The translations under genes and the position numbers were made by a program. Under the pieces are notes generated by a model that was given only the letters and a program-made list of their open reading frames with translations, did no database searches and had not been told where the DNA came from. 64,000 bases of DNA from Candidatus Eiseniibacteriota bacterium (GTDB lineage: Bacteria; Eisenbacteria; RBG-16-71-46; SZUA-252), in contig JANMQV010000009.1 in NCBI GenBank assembly GCA_031370645.1, positions 25,675-89,674 on the forward strand, in the 5' to 3' direction. Shown here one piece after another: positions 1 through 10,772 of the stretch (positions within the stretch are counted from its first letter, which is position 1; each line of letters opens with the position of its first letter).

Positions 1-1820
1 CCCGCCTGGTGTTCGTCGACCATTCTCTCGATGGTGGCGAAGTTGAAGATTCCGAGTTCGCGCATCGACGGCCCGAGCACCGCCTGGCGGACGCGCTCCC
101 GCAACGGTCCGCGGAACCACGACGTGAGCGGAACGGCGAAGCCCATCTTCGGCCGATAGAGAATGTCCGAAGGAAGGTAGGGTTCGAGCGCCTTCTTGAA
201 GATGTACTTCCCCTCGCTTCCTCTCAGTTTCATGGAAGAGGGAAGCTTCGCCATCCATTCGACCAGCGGGTGATCGAGCAGGGGAACGCGGACCTCGAGC
301 GAATGCGCCATGCTGGCCCGGTCGACCTTCGTCAGGATGTCGCCGGGGAGGTAGGTCTTGATGTCGAGGTACTGAACCATCGAGAGCGGATCCTCGACCG
401 GGGCGCGACGGGCGTGACGACGCAGCACCTCCACGGCGTTGTACCCCTGGAGCCCGCGGCGGAACGATTCGCTGAAGAGATCGCGCCGTGCCGCCGTGCC
501 GAAGAGCGACACGCTGTGGAAGTAACCGTCGACCGAGTCTCGCGCAATTCCCTGAAACGTCGTCTTCGCGCGCAGGAAGCGCGGCGCCCAGTCCGCTTTG
601 GGGTAAAGGCTCCCCATGAGGCCGAAGAGCGGCTGGCGAATCGCGCCGGGAAGCAGGCGACGAAGCCGTTCCTCGTAGGCGTGCCAACGGTAGCGGCGGT
701 ACCCGGCAAGATTCTCGTCGCCGCCGTCGCCGGAGAGGGCGACGACGACGCGCTTCCGGGCGAGACCGCAGACGCGATAGGTCGGAATGGCGGAGCTGTC
801 GGCGAACGGCTCGTCGTACATGTCGGCGAGCCGGGAGACGAGATCGAAACTGTCGGAGCTCACGCGCTCGACCTGGTGGCTCGTCTTGTATCGCGTGGCG
901 ACGTCCTGCGCGAAGTCCGATTCGTCGAAGCCGCGCTCCCCGAAGGCCATCGTGCACGTGTTGACCGGATCGGGCGAGAGCCCCGCCATGAGCGCGACGA
1001 CGGCGCTCGAGTCCACACCCCCAGAGAGGAAGGCGCCGAGCGGAACTTCGGCGACGAGACGAATGCGAACCGCCTCACGGAGGCGCTCGATCAACTCCTC
1101 GCCGATCTCCTGTTCGGAGCCGCGGATCGTGGCCTCGAACGTAACGTCCCAGTACTCGTGCGGCTCGGGAACCGGCTCGCCGTGGCGGATGGTCAGCGTA
1201 TGCGCGGGAGGGAGCTTTTTCACCTGCCGCAAGATCGTCCGCGGCTCCGGAACGTATCCGTACGCGAAGTATTCCTCGATGGCGCAGGGATCGAGTTCGG
1301 GAGAGACGTCCGGGTAACAGAGGATCGTCTTCATCTCGGAGCCGAAGAGAAAGGTCCCGTCGGGGAGGGAAGCGTAGTAGAGCGGCTTGATGCCGAGCCG
1401 GTCGCGCGCCAGGAAGAGCGTCCGGCGGTCCATGTCCCAAAGCGCGAAGGCGAAGAAACCGCGGAAGCGCTCGACGCAGCGTTCTCCCCACTCCTCCCAG
1501 GCGTGAACGACGACCTCCGTGTCGCAGCGCGTCTTGAAGACGTGGCCGAGGGCCGTCAGCTCCTCGATCAATTTCGGGAAGTTGTAGATCTCGCCGTTGT
1601 AGACGAGGACGATGCGTCCGTTCTCGTTGTAGAGCGGCTGACGCCCGCCAGAAAGATCGATGATGGAAAGCCGCCGATGGACGAGGCCGACTCCCGGCTC
1701 TTCGTGGAAGCCGAAGGCGTCGGGACCGCGGTGATGGATGATTTCGCTCATCCGCTCGAGGAGGGAGTGATCGGGGCTTCGACGACCGCGAGTGTCGATG
1801 ATGCCGGCAATTCCGCACAT
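1..1820 (-). CDS. asnB: Asparagine synthetase-like glutamine amidotransferase, XrtA/PEP-CTERM system type (3' end runs off window)
   Basis: Absent from ORF track; my minus-strand translation from ATG 1820 gives MCGIAGIIDT..HRGPD..HRRLSIID..YNGEIYN..ARDRLGIKPLYY..GAFLSGGVDSS..SGDGGDE..DRASMAHSLEVRVP, open to the window edge. Confidence 0.92.
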   Translation of the reverse strand, partial: MCGIAGIIDTRGRRSPDHSLLERMSEIIHHRGPDAFGFHEEPGVGLVHRRLSIIDLSGGRQPLYNENGRIVLVYNGEIYNFPKLIEELTALGHVFKTRCDTEVVVHAWEEWGERCVERFRGFFAFALWDMDRRTLFLARDRLGIKPLYYASLPDGTFLFGSEMKTILCYPDVSPELDPCAIEEYFAYGYVPEPRTILRQVKKLPPAHTLTIRHGEPVPEPHEYWDVTFEATIRGSEQEIGEELIERLREAVRIRLVAEVPLGAFLSGGVDSSAVVALMAGLSPDPVNTCTMAFGERGFDESDFAQDVATRYKTSHQVERVSSDSFDLVSRLADMYDEPFADSSAIPTYRVCGLARKRVVVALSGDGGDENLAGYRRYRWHAYEERLRRLLPGAIRQPLFGLMGSLYPKADWAPRFLRAKTTFQGIARDSVDGYFHSVSLFGTAARRDLFSESFRRGLQGYNAVEVLRRHARRAPVEDPLSMVQYLDIKTYLPGDILTKVDRASMAHSLEVRVPLLDHPLVEWMAKLPSSMKLRGSEGKYIFKKALEPYLPSDILYRPKMGFAVPLTSWFRGPLRERVRQAVLGPSMRELGIFNFATIERMVDEHQA

Positions 1821-1984
1821 GTCTGGTTTCGTTCCTCGACACTTGGAAGGGGTGACGCGTCTCGCGAGCACGCGCAAGCGGCCCCGGAATTTACAGTTAC
1901 CCCGGGCGCCGGGAAACACCTTATTCTATCGAAAATCTCGCTGCGCATGCTTCGGCATTTTCGACGACACAAGGAGACCCGACG

Positions 1985-3379
1985 TTGGGGCGTGACGCGT
2001 ACAGCGCGCTCGTAGCTGGAGTCCTCTTCCCGCTCCACGAGAATCTCAAAGGTCACGACACGAACCGCCGGCTCCGCCAGTTGGAGCGAAGCCAGTGGTG
2101 GGCCGCCGCCACGCTGGAGGCGGATCAACTCGCGCGGCTCCGCACATTCCTCGGAACCATCGGATCGAACGTCGCCTACTATCGCGACCTCTTTCGCCGC
2201 TCGGACTTCCAACCCGCCTCGATCCGAAGCGCCTCCGACCTGGCGCAATTGCCGATCCTCACGAAGAGCACCATCCGCGCCCATCACGCCGCCTTCCTTC
2301 GAGCAGGAGCCCGGGGCCTCACCACGTACAGCACCGGTGGATCGACCGGCGAGCCGCTCCAGCTCTTCGTGGGACCGGCGCGAATCACGGCCGACGTCGC
2401 CCATCGCCGCCGCGCGATGCGGTGGTGGGGGGTCGACATCGGCGACCCCGAAATCGTTCTGTGGGGGTCCCCGATCGAGGTGACGAGACAAGACCGCGTA
2501 CGGGAGTTCCGCGACCGACTCTTCCGGAGCACGCTCCTCTCCGCGGCGGGCATGACGCCGCGGCGCATGGACGAGTACCTGGACACGGTCGTTCGGGTCA
2601 GGCCGGCGCAACTGTTTTCACACGCCTCGGTCCTCTGCGAACTCGCGGCGCATGCGGAGCGAACCGGGCGAGCCCTCACCGGGCTCGGGACGCGCGTGGT
2701 GTTTGTCACGTCGGAGGAGCTCTACGACTATCAGCGCGTGCAACTCGAGCGCGTCTTCGGGTGCCCCGTCGCGAACGGGTACGGCGGACGCGATGCCGGC
2801 TTCATCGCCCAGGAGTGCCCGAAGGGCGGGATGCACCTGAGCGTCGAGGACATTGTGGTCGAGATCGTGGACGACCGCGGCGCCCCGGTCCCGCGAGGGA
2901 GCTCGGGCGAGATTGTCGTGACGCACCTTGCGAGCGACGACTTTCCGTTCGTCCGCTACGCGACGGGGGACATCGGCATTCTCCACGACACCCCCTGCGC
3001 CTGCGGACGGGGGCTACCGCTCCTGCGCGAGCTGCATGGCCGCGCCGACGACTTGTTGCTCGCGACGGACGGGTCGCGAGTCCCCGGGCAGATGGTCGTG
3101 CACCTGGTGAAGGGGCTTCCCGAGATCGAAGCCTTCAAGCTCATCCAGGAGACTCCCGATCTCGTGAGAATTCTGCTCGTCGCGTCGGCGGAAATCGCGG
3201 AGGAGGCGAAGTCGTCGATCGTCGCCGGCGTCCGCGCCCGTTTGGGCGAGGGAATGCGCGTCGAGTTCGAAAAGGTGGAGACGATCCCGCGAGAAGCGTC
3301 GGGGAAGTATCGAACCGTCGTGAGCCGACTCGGGCTCAGTCCCGCGCTGCAGGCGAAGCGCGCCGCTTCCGGTTCCTGA
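1985..3379 (+). CDS. Phenylacetate-CoA ligase family (CapK-like) adenylate-forming enzyme
   Basis: STGGSTGEP P-loop, GYGGRDAG, RYATGD, GRADD, SGKYR; AAGGAG upstream of TTG start. Confidence 0.85.
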   Translation: MGRDAYSALVAGVLFPLHENLKGHDTNRRLRQLERSQWWAAATLEADQLARLRTFLGTIGSNVAYYRDLFRRSDFQPASIRSASDLAQLPILTKSTIRAHHAAFLRAGARGLTTYSTGGSTGEPLQLFVGPARITADVAHRRRAMRWWGVDIGDPEIVLWGSPIEVTRQDRVREFRDRLFRSTLLSAAGMTPRRMDEYLDTVVRVRPAQLFSHASVLCELAAHAERTGRALTGLGTRVVFVTSEELYDYQRVQLERVFGCPVANGYGGRDAGFIAQECPKGGMHLSVEDIVVEIVDDRGAPVPRGSSGEIVVTHLASDDFPFVRYATGDIGILHDTPCACGRGLPLLRELHGRADDLLLATDGSRVPGQMVVHLVKGLPEIEAFKLIQETPDLVRILLVASAEIAEEAKSSIVAGVRARLGEGMRVEFEKVETIPREASGKYRTVVSRLGLSPALQAKRAASGS

Positions 3380-4547
3380 TTCGTCGTTCCCGCTCCAGCG
3401 CGAGTTCCGAGTAGAGCGCGGCGTAGGCCCGAATCATTCCGGGCATGGAATGCACCGCCTCCATGCGCGCCCGTCCCGCCGCCCCCATCCGCTCTCGGAG
3501 CGCGGCGTCATTTAGCAGTTCCAGGATTCGTCTCGCCATCGCCTCTGGTTCGACGGCCGGTACGAGGTAGCCGGTCACGCCGTCTCCGACGAGGTCCGGA
3601 TTTCCGCCGACCGCCGTCGCCACCACGGGCCTGCCCGCCGCCATGGCCTCCAAAATCGTATTCGACATTCCTTCGTAGCGTGACGAGTTGACGTAGACGT
3701 CGCACGTCCGAAGGAGCCGCGGGATGTCGTGCCTCACGCCGGCGAAACGGACGGCTGCGCCGACGCCGAGCGACTCCGCCTCCCGGTCGAGCCCGCCGCG
3801 CGGATTCTCCGGGCTCCCTTGCCCGATCAGAAGAAGCCTCGCCCGCGGCTCCGTGCGATGAACGAGGGCGAAGGCGCGAAGCAGGGTCGCGTGGTCCTTG
3901 ACCGAGCGGAAGCCGCCGGTGTTCATGACGACTCGGTCCTCTGGCGTCAGCCCCAGCTCGCCGCGCAACGCTTCCGAACGGTCGTCGCCACCGAAGGCAT
4001 CCAGGTCGACCCCGTTCGGAATCCAGCGGACGCGATCCGCGGGGACCTTCCAGTCCCGAACCACTTCCTCCGCGAGGTCCCGTGACACGGCACAGACACG
4101 GTCGGCGCCCATCGCCAGGAGGCGGCTCCCGAGCACGCGCTTCGGATGGCGAAGTGTGTCGTCCTTGCCGTGCTCTCCGTGGATGACGATCGGCACTCCG
4201 GCGAGACGGGCGGCGCAGACGGCGTAGAGGAAGGTCGACCAATTGTGGGAGTGGACGACGTCGATCTCCTGCTCCCGGAAGAGTGCCGCCAGCCGTCCGA
4301 TCACGCTCCAATTCCGCCCCGACTCCTTCCGCATCTCGAAGACGGCAACGTCGTGCGAGAGGAGCGCTTTCACGTCCTCGCGCTGATGGCGCATACAAAC
4401 GATGATCGAGCGAAACCGATCAGGATCGAGTCGGTTCACGAGCTTCACCACGCCGTACTCCATGCCGGCGAGCGCCAGCACGTCGACGATATGCGCGATT
4501 CGAAGGGGAGACGCCGGAGTAGCGACGGGCGTTCGCGGGGCGTGCAT
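3336..4547 (-). CDS. Glycosyltransferase family 4 (PEP-CTERM/exosortase-associated sugar transferase type)
   Basis: HSHNW..IHGEHG, IPNGVD, VKDHATLLRAF, EGMSNTILEAMAAGRPVVATAVGGNPDLV; start trimmed to ATG 4547. Confidence 0.9.
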   Translation of the reverse strand: MHAPRTPVATPASPLRIAHIVDVLALAGMEYGVVKLVNRLDPDRFRSIIVCMRHQREDVKALLSHDVAVFEMRKESGRNWSVIGRLAALFREQEIDVVHSHNWSTFLYAVCAARLAGVPIVIHGEHGKDDTLRHPKRVLGSRLLAMGADRVCAVSRDLAEEVVRDWKVPADRVRWIPNGVDLDAFGGDDRSEALRGELGLTPEDRVVMNTGGFRSVKDHATLLRAFALVHRTEPRARLLLIGQGSPENPRGGLDREAESLGVGAAVRFAGVRHDIPRLLRTCDVYVNSSRYEGMSNTILEAMAAGRPVVATAVGGNPDLVGDGVTGYLVPAVEPEAMARRILELLNDAALRERMGAAGRARMEAVHSMPGMIRAYAALYSELALERERRIRNRKRRASPAARD

Positions 4548-4553
4548 GGCTGC

Positions 4554-4583
4554 AGAGTACCAACCGGCGCTCGTGCCTGTCAC
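4554..4583 (-). promoter_or_regulatory. sigma70-type promoter, probably leaderless, for GT4
   Basis: Minus strand GTGACA-N18-TACTCT-N6-ATG. Confidence 0.5.
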
Positions 4584-4794
4584 CCCGCGCCTCCTTGGGG
4601 CGCTTGGATGTCTCGCCGGCGCGTGAGAGCGGCAACTTTCCCGTGGACTTTCCATCGGTCGGAATCTAGCCTCATCGGCTCATGAAGGATTCGCGCGAGT
4701 TCCTTCCGCGTTGCGCTCCGTCACCGATCCGACAGACTTCCATGGCCTCTCCCACAATCCATCTCGCCTTCGCGGCGCCGATCCCGGAGCAGCC

Positions 4795-6690
4795 ATGAGC
4801 GGCATTTGCGGCGTCCTGTCCAGGCCCGGCGGTCCCTCGATCGCTCCCGCGGGCATCGACGCGATGTGCCGGCGGCTTTCCTTGGGAGACGCGGGAGTCG
4901 ATCCTGTTGTCTGCACGACCCTCTCGCTCGGCCCCGTGGCGCTCGGCGCTTCCACGTTCGGGCGCCACCGGGGCGGAGTCGGTAGCCTCCAGCACGAGGG
5001 GCACACCGTCGCGATCGCGGTGCTCGGCAGTTTCTACGATCAAGACGCTCCGCGCGCGGCGATCCCCGAACACTTCCTGGCGCGCTACCTGGAGGAGGGA
5101 ATTCGATTCGTCGAAGGAGTTCGCGGCGAGGCGACGTTCGCGGTCTGGGACGGTCGGACCGAGGAGCTTCACGTCACGACCGATCGCTTCCGGTTTCACT
5201 CCATGTTCACGAGCGACCGGCCCGACCAATTCGCGTTCGCCTCCCGGATCGGCGCACTCCTCGCGTCGCCGATCCCGCTTGAGGCCACGCTTCGCCCCGA
5301 GGCGATCGTGGATGCCGTCGGTTCTTCGATCATTCCGACGCCCCACACCGCCTACCGGGAAGTATTCAAATTGCCGCCCGCGCACCGGCTCACGCACCGG
5401 GCGGGAAAGATCTCGCTCGCGCCCTATTGGGAAATCGACTTTCGAAATCCACGACGGGCGAGCGAAGCGGAGCTGGCGGAAGATCTTCGCGCGCGGTTCT
5501 CCGAGGCGATGGCGCGGCGCGTCCGGGTCGACGGGGAGCCCGAACGGCTCGGCTCGTTCCTGAGCGGCGGCGTCGATAGCAGCACCGTGACGGGGGTCCT
5601 TCAACAGGTCTCCGGTCGCCGCATGAAGAGCTTCTCGATCGGATTCGGGGAAGCGCGCTACAACGAGATCTCGTTCGCTCGTCTCGCCGCCGACGCCCTG
5701 AAGTCCGACTACCACGAATACTTCGTCGTGCCTCGCGACGTCTCCGAAGCGCTACCGACCATTCTCGCGTCGTTCGACGAGCCGTACGCGAATGCTTCGG
5801 CGATTCCGACCTATTTCTGCGCGCGGCTCGCGCGGAAGCACGGCGTGGACGTCCTTTACGCCGGGGACGGAGGGGACGAACTCTTCGCGGGAAACGAACG
5901 CTACGCCACGCAGAAACTCTTCGAGTACTACCGTCGCGTTCCGCGCTGGCTCGGTCGCGGGTTCGTCGAACCGACGGTCGGGGCGCTCGCCGATCTTCTG
6001 AAACTCGATCTCTTCGTCAAAGGTCGAAAGTACATCCGGAGGGCGCTTATCCCGCCGGCGAAGCGGCTGACGTCGTACGATTTCTTCCGGCTCGTCCCGC
6101 TCGAGGGGTTCCTGACCCCCGAGTTCATGGAGCACGTCGGGAAGCAGTACGAGCCCGGGGCCGCGCTGGAGGCACTCCACGGCCGCGCCACCGGGCCGAC
6201 CGAGTTGGATCGCCAGCTCTACGTCGATCTCCATCTCACCATCTCCGACAACGACATCGTCAAGGTGACGCGCATGACGGAGGCAGCCGGGGTGACGGTG
6301 CGATTTCCGTTCTTGGATCAGGCGTTCGCCGAGTTTGCCATGACCGTGCCGGCCGGCGTCAAGATGCGGGGCCGAACGCTACGAACCTTCTTCAAGGGGG
6401 CGTACGCGGACATCCTTCCGCCGGAAATCCGGTCGAAGTCGAAACACGGATTCGGGCTCCCGATCGCGGAGTGGCTCCGGACCGATCCGGCGCTCGCGGA
6501 GGTGATGAACGATGCGCTCCTGAGCCCGCGTTCGCTCGCGCGCGGCTATTTCCGACAGGAGGCCCTCGCGGAGCTGCTGAAGCGCCATCGCGAGGACCCC
6601 ACGTCCTTCTACGGGACCACGCTCTGGAATCTGGTCATCCTCGAGTTGTGGTTGCGGCGCCAAGAGGAGGAGGGAAGGAACCGGGCGTAA
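4795..6690 (+). CDS. Asparagine synthase-related amide ligase lacking the N-terminal catalytic Cys
   Basis: Starts MSGICG; SFLSGGVDSS, FDEPYANASAIP, GDGGDELFAG, RFPFLD, SKHGF. Confidence 0.88.
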   Translation: MSGICGVLSRPGGPSIAPAGIDAMCRRLSLGDAGVDPVVCTTLSLGPVALGASTFGRHRGGVGSLQHEGHTVAIAVLGSFYDQDAPRAAIPEHFLARYLEEGIRFVEGVRGEATFAVWDGRTEELHVTTDRFRFHSMFTSDRPDQFAFASRIGALLASPIPLEATLRPEAIVDAVGSSIIPTPHTAYREVFKLPPAHRLTHRAGKISLAPYWEIDFRNPRRASEAELAEDLRARFSEAMARRVRVDGEPERLGSFLSGGVDSSTVTGVLQQVSGRRMKSFSIGFGEARYNEISFARLAADALKSDYHEYFVVPRDVSEALPTILASFDEPYANASAIPTYFCARLARKHGVDVLYAGDGGDELFAGNERYATQKLFEYYRRVPRWLGRGFVEPTVGALADLLKLDLFVKGRKYIRRALIPPAKRLTSYDFFRLVPLEGFLTPEFMEHVGKQYEPGAALEALHGRATGPTELDRQLYVDLHLTISDNDIVKVTRMTEAAGVTVRFPFLDQAFAEFAMTVPAGVKMRGRTLRTFFKGAYADILPPEIRSKSKHGFGLPIAEWLRTDPALAEVMNDALLSPRSLARGYFRQEALAELLKRHREDPTSFYGTTLWNLVILELWLRRQEEEGRNRA

Positions 6691-6713
6691 CGGCCGGAAC
6701 CTTCGCCGGCGAC

Positions 6714-7787
6714 ATGGGCCCTACTCCGCCACGCTTCCGGGCGCGCCTCTTCGCGTTTGTCGCGCGAATCCTCCATGCCTGCGGCCTCGTCACCCTCGCG
6801 CGCCCCCTCGTGAACCGCACGCGGCTTGTGCTGGGCGCACCGGGGCGGGCGCGGCTCCCGCGTCTCGTCGAGCGTCCCGGGCGAAACGCGCAGATCCTCA
6901 TCTACCACCGCGTGAACGACGAGGGTGATCCCTACTTCGGCGGTATTTCCCCCGCTCTCTTCGAGCGACAGATGGCCTACGTCTCGTCACGCTTCACCGT
7001 CCTCCCCCTGGAGGAACTTGTGGCGGCCCTTGGGGCGCGGGCGGTTCCTCCGAATGCCATCGCCGTCACACTCGACGACGGGTACCGCGACAACTACCTC
7101 GAGGCGTTTCCCGTCTTCCAGCGCCATTCCATCCCCGCGACGATCTTTCTGGCGACGTCGGCCGTCGGGTCGGAGCAGACGCTCTGGCACGACGACGTCT
7201 TCTCGGCTTTTCGGGAAACGAAGTCGCCGACTCTCGACGCGTTCGGTCCGCGCTCGATCGGGGGTTCGCTCGCGAGCGTCGGCGATCGACTACACGTGAT
7301 GCGCCAAGTCCTCGAAACTGTTCGCGCCGTTCCGGACGACGAACGCGCCGAAGCCGTCGTGAAACTGCGCGAGGCTCTGAACGTGGGGCCATCCCGCCCC
7401 GTTCCGGGTCTCATGCTCACGTGGGACGAGGCGCGTGAGATGAGCCGCGGTGGAATCCGCTTCGGCTCGCACACGGTTTCACACCCCATCCTCTCGCGAG
7501 TCGATCGTGACCGCGCTCGGCGGGAGCTCTCGGATTCGAAAGCGGTGATCGAGGAGCGCCTGGGACTTCCGGTGGTCGGATTCGCCTATCCCAACGGGAC
7601 GCCCGCCGATTTTCGCTCCGAGACGAAGACCCTCCTGGACGAGTGCGGGTACCGATTCGCCGTGACGACCACCCCAGGCGCGAACGACGAAACGACCGAC
7701 CGTTTCGAGCTCCGGCGGGGCACCCCGTGGGACGACGACCTATTTGCATTCGGGGCACGGTTGCTCTACAATAAGTGGCAGTCATGA
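6714..7787 (+). CDS. Polysaccharide deacetylase (CE4/NodB-like)
   Basis: ILIYHRV, VTLDDGYRDN, FGSHTVSHP, FAYPNG. Confidence 0.9.
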   Translation: MGPTPPRFRARLFAFVARILHACGLVTLARPLVNRTRLVLGAPGRARLPRLVERPGRNAQILIYHRVNDEGDPYFGGISPALFERQMAYVSSRFTVLPLEELVAALGARAVPPNAIAVTLDDGYRDNYLEAFPVFQRHSIPATIFLATSAVGSEQTLWHDDVFSAFRETKSPTLDAFGPRSIGGSLASVGDRLHVMRQVLETVRAVPDDERAEAVVKLREALNVGPSRPVPGLMLTWDEAREMSRGGIRFGSHTVSHPILSRVDRDRARRELSDSKAVIEERLGLPVVGFAYPNGTPADFRSETKTLLDECGYRFAVTTTPGANDETTDRFELRRGTPWDDDLFAFGARLLYNKWQS

Positions 7788-7867
7788 ACCAACCTACGCG
7801 AGTTTGGCCCGCCGTCGAGCGACTCCGTCTCGACCCAGTCTTCGCATCCTGAACCGGATCGAATGCG

Positions 7868-8902
7868 GTGCCGCTGAAGATCCGGCCGGCGGACGTACAC
7901 GCGGACCGAAACGTGATCATCGACTGCCTCCGCCGCTTCCTGTCGCCCGATGCGGATGCCGGTCGTTACGACTGGCTCTACCTCCAGAGTCCGCACGGAC
8001 CGGCGGTCGCGTGGATCGCCTTCGATGAAACCAGCGGCGAAACGATCGGCGTCGCAAGCGCCTTTCCGCGACGCGCGCTCCTGGACGACTCGGAAACCGT
8101 CGCCTGGGTGCTGGGCGACTTCTGCATCCACGACCAATACCGCACACTCGGCCCCGCGCTTCAGCTCAATCGCGCCTGCCTCGACGCGGTGGGCCGCGGC
8201 GACGCCGCCTTCTGCTACGATTTTCCGAGTCAGAGCATGATGGCCGTCTATCGCCGCCTGCGCATCGCCCCGCTAGGAAACGTCGTGCGCCACGCTCGCG
8301 TCCTTCGGTGGGGGCGCCGGCTCGGGCAGGCGATTTCGGTCCCCGGCCTTCGCGAGGGAGTGACCGCAATCGCATCGATCGCCGACCTGGCGCCGCCATC
8401 GCGCGCGCGGGCACCCGAAGGACTTGCCGTCGGTCTCCAGACCGAAGCGTGCGGGAGCGAATTCGATGAACTCGACCGCGCGCGACGCGGACGGACGCGA
8501 GTCCACCTCGAGCGCTCGGCGGCGCATTTGAATTGGCGCTACCGAGGGAAGCCGGGATCGCGCCACGAACTCCTGGCCGCGCGAGACTCCCGAGGGCTAC
8601 GCGGCTATGCCGTCGTTCTTTCGGAAGGCTCCGAGGCCTCCATTTCCGACCTGGCCGCTCTCGATGAAGAGGCGGCCCAGGCGCTCCTCGATGAGAGCGC
8701 CGTCCATTCGTGGCGGCGGGGAGCGGTCACGCTGTCGATGTCGGTGTTCGCCTCGCACGCGATCGCACCCGTCTTGCAGCGCAGCGGATTTCGTCCCCGA
8801 GAGGAGCGCCCGGTGATCGCGCATGCCGGTCCCGATCTCGGGCGGCGCCCCGCCTTGCGCGAAGGCGACGTTCCGCTCACGGACGGAGACCGGGAGAGTT
8901 GA
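7868..8902 (+). CDS. GNAT-fold acyltransferase (probably tandem GNAT)
   Basis: YDWLYLQSP, LGDFCIHDQYRTLG, CYDFPS, ERSAAHLNWRY; directly upstream of ACP. Confidence 0.7.
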   Translation: MPLKIRPADVHADRNVIIDCLRRFLSPDADAGRYDWLYLQSPHGPAVAWIAFDETSGETIGVASAFPRRALLDDSETVAWVLGDFCIHDQYRTLGPALQLNRACLDAVGRGDAAFCYDFPSQSMMAVYRRLRIAPLGNVVRHARVLRWGRRLGQAISVPGLREGVTAIASIADLAPPSRARAPEGLAVGLQTEACGSEFDELDRARRGRTRVHLERSAAHLNWRYRGKPGSRHELLAARDSRGLRGYAVVLSEGSEASISDLAALDEEAAQALLDESAVHSWRRGAVTLSMSVFASHAIAPVLQRSGFRPREERPVIAHAGPDLGRRPALREGDVPLTDGDRES

Positions 8903-8920
8903 TCCCGGCCCGAATCGCTC

Positions 8921-9187
8921 ATGAACGCTGACACCACGACCGGACGGATCCGGCACTTCATCCTGAACCAGTTTCCCTTGGCCCGCCAACGCGCCATCGG
9001 CGATGACGACCCGCTGCTCCGAACGGGGATCCTCGATTCGCTCGGCATTCTCGAGGTCGTCGCTTTTATCGAGTCCGAGTTCCAGATCACGGTCGCCGAC
9101 GAGGAGCTCGTTGCGGAGAGTTTCGAGTCGATCGCCACGATGGCTCGGTTCGTGGACGGGAAACGCCAGCGCGAGGTCGGCGCGTAG
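8921..9187 (+). CDS. Acyl carrier protein
   Basis: 88 aa, acidic, GILDSLG phosphopantetheine site. Confidence 0.92.
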   Translation: MNADTTTGRIRHFILNQFPLARQRAIGDDDPLLRTGILDSLGILEVVAFIESEFQITVADEELVAESFESIATMARFVDGKRQREVGA

Positions 9188-9200
9188 CCGCCGGGACACC

Positions 9201-10772
9201 GTGGACTTCTTGATCCACCACATGCTGCGGTCGAGCGCCGCCCGCCTCCCGGAGAAAGAGGCGCTGGTGTGCGGCGATCAGCGCCTTTCGTACGCCGAGG
9301 TGTGGGCGCGCGTCCGTGGCCTCGCCGCGGGAATCCGCCGCGCCGGGATCGAGCGCTCCGATCGCGTCGGGATCTTCCTCGACGCCTCCGTCGAGCAGTC
9401 GATCTCGATTTTCGCCGTCTCGCGCGCCGAGTGCGTCTTCGTGCCGATCAGCGGCGTCTTGCTTCAAGATCAGGTGGCGCACATCGTCCGCGATTGCCGC
9501 ATGCGATGCCTCATCGTCTCCGCGTCGAAACTGGAGATCGTGGTGCCGGTACTCTCGTCTATTCCGACGCTGGAGCGGCTCATCGTGGTCGGGGGAAGCG
9601 CGCCCGCGGGGACGCCGCTTCCGGCCGACTCGTACGAGGCGCTCTGCGGCGACGTGCCGGCCTCCGACGCCCCGGAAGCATCGATCGAGAAGGATCTCGC
9701 GGCGATCCTCTACACGTCCGGGTCGACCGGGAAGCCGAAGGGCGTCATGTTGAGCCACGGGCAGGTGATGGCCGGCGCCACGATCGTCTCGACCTATCTC
9801 GAGATCACGGAATCGGAGCGGATCCTCGCGGTCCTCCCGTTCAGTTTCGATGCCGGCATGAACCAGATCATGACGGCGTTCCAGCGCGGCGCGACAATCG
9901 TCCTGAAGCCGTTCGTCTTCGCCCGCGAGCTGGTGACGGCGCTGAAGAACGAACGGATCACGGGCCTCGCCGGCGTGCCGACGCTCTGGGGTCTCCTCGC
10001 CCAGCCGAGCTCGTCGCTCAGCAAGGGGACCTACCCGCATCTTCGCTACATCACGAACACCGGCGGCGTCATGCCGCAGGACGTCCTCGCCACGCTTCGG
10101 GCGGCGCTCCCGACGACGAAGGTCTTCCTCATGTACGGGCTGACCGAAGCGTTTCGCTCGACCTATCTGCCTCCCTCCGAACTCGACAAGCGACCGACCT
10201 CGATGGGGAAGGCGATTCCCGATACCGAAATCCTGGTGATCGACGAGAATGGCCGGCGGTGCGGGCCCGGCGAAATCGGCGAACTGGTCCATCGCGGCCC
10301 GACGGTGTCGATGGGGTATTGGGGACAGCCGGAACTGACGGCGCGCGTGCTCCGACCCCATCCATTCCTTCCGCCGGAGCTCGGCGACACGGAACGGGTC
10401 TGCTATTCCGGCGATCTCGTCAAGATGGACGAGGACGGCTTCCTCTACTTCATCGGGCGGCGAGACAATATGATCAAGTCGTCCGGATATCGAATCAGTC
10501 CGACCGAGGTCGAAGAGGTGCTCTTCCAGAGCGGAATGGTCCAACTTGCCGCTGTCATCGGCGTCCCGGATCCGATGCTTGGCGCGATCGTCGTCGCCTT
10601 CGTCGTGCCGAGCGAAGGAGGGTCGTTCGACCCCGCTGCGCTCCAGGCCTACTGCTCCGCGAAGATGCCGCCCTACATGTTGCCGAAGACAATCGAGGTC
10701 CTCGACCACTTGCCGAAGACGAGCAGCGGCAAGGTGGACTATCCCGCGCTGCGCCGTCGAACGGGGAGCTGA
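9201..10772 (+). CDS. AMP-forming acyl-CoA/acyl-ACP ligase, exosortase A system-associated type
   Basis: ILYTSGSTGKPKGV, MYGLTEAFRSTYL, YSGDLV, IKSSGYRISPTEVE, SGKVD; GTG start 9201. Confidence 0.9.
   Translation: MDFLIHHMLRSSAARLPEKEALVCGDQRLSYAEVWARVRGLAAGIRRAGIERSDRVGIFLDASVEQSISIFAVSRAECVFVPISGVLLQDQVAHIVRDCRMRCLIVSASKLEIVVPVLSSIPTLERLIVVGGSAPAGTPLPADSYEALCGDVPASDAPEASIEKDLAAILYTSGSTGKPKGVMLSHGQVMAGATIVSTYLEITESERILAVLPFSFDAGMNQIMTAFQRGATIVLKPFVFARELVTALKNERITGLAGVPTLWGLLAQPSSSLSKGTYPHLRYITNTGGVMPQDVLATLRAALPTTKVFLMYGLTEAFRSTYLPPSELDKRPTSMGKAIPDTEILVIDENGRRCGPGEIGELVHRGPTVSMGYWGQPELTARVLRPHPFLPPELGDTERVCYSGDLVKMDEDGFLYFIGRRDNMIKSSGYRISPTEVEEVLFQSGMVQLAAVIGVPDPMLGAIVVAFVVPSEGGSFDPAALQAYCSAKMPPYMLPKTIEVLDHLPKTSSGKVDYPALRRRTGS

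Noticed and set aside
9-2015. 668-aa plus-strand ORF and similar long antisense ORFs (9087..10802, 27654..29816, 33307..35037, 39746..41950, 41887..44067, 48551..50386, 57021..59225)
   Set aside because: Shadow ORFs opposite clearly recognisable genes in high-GC DNA; no motifs
4795-6690. Lasso peptide cyclase interpretation of the Cys-less AsnB
   Set aside because: No precursor peptide, PqqD/RRE or B2 protease nearby; context is polysaccharide tailoring
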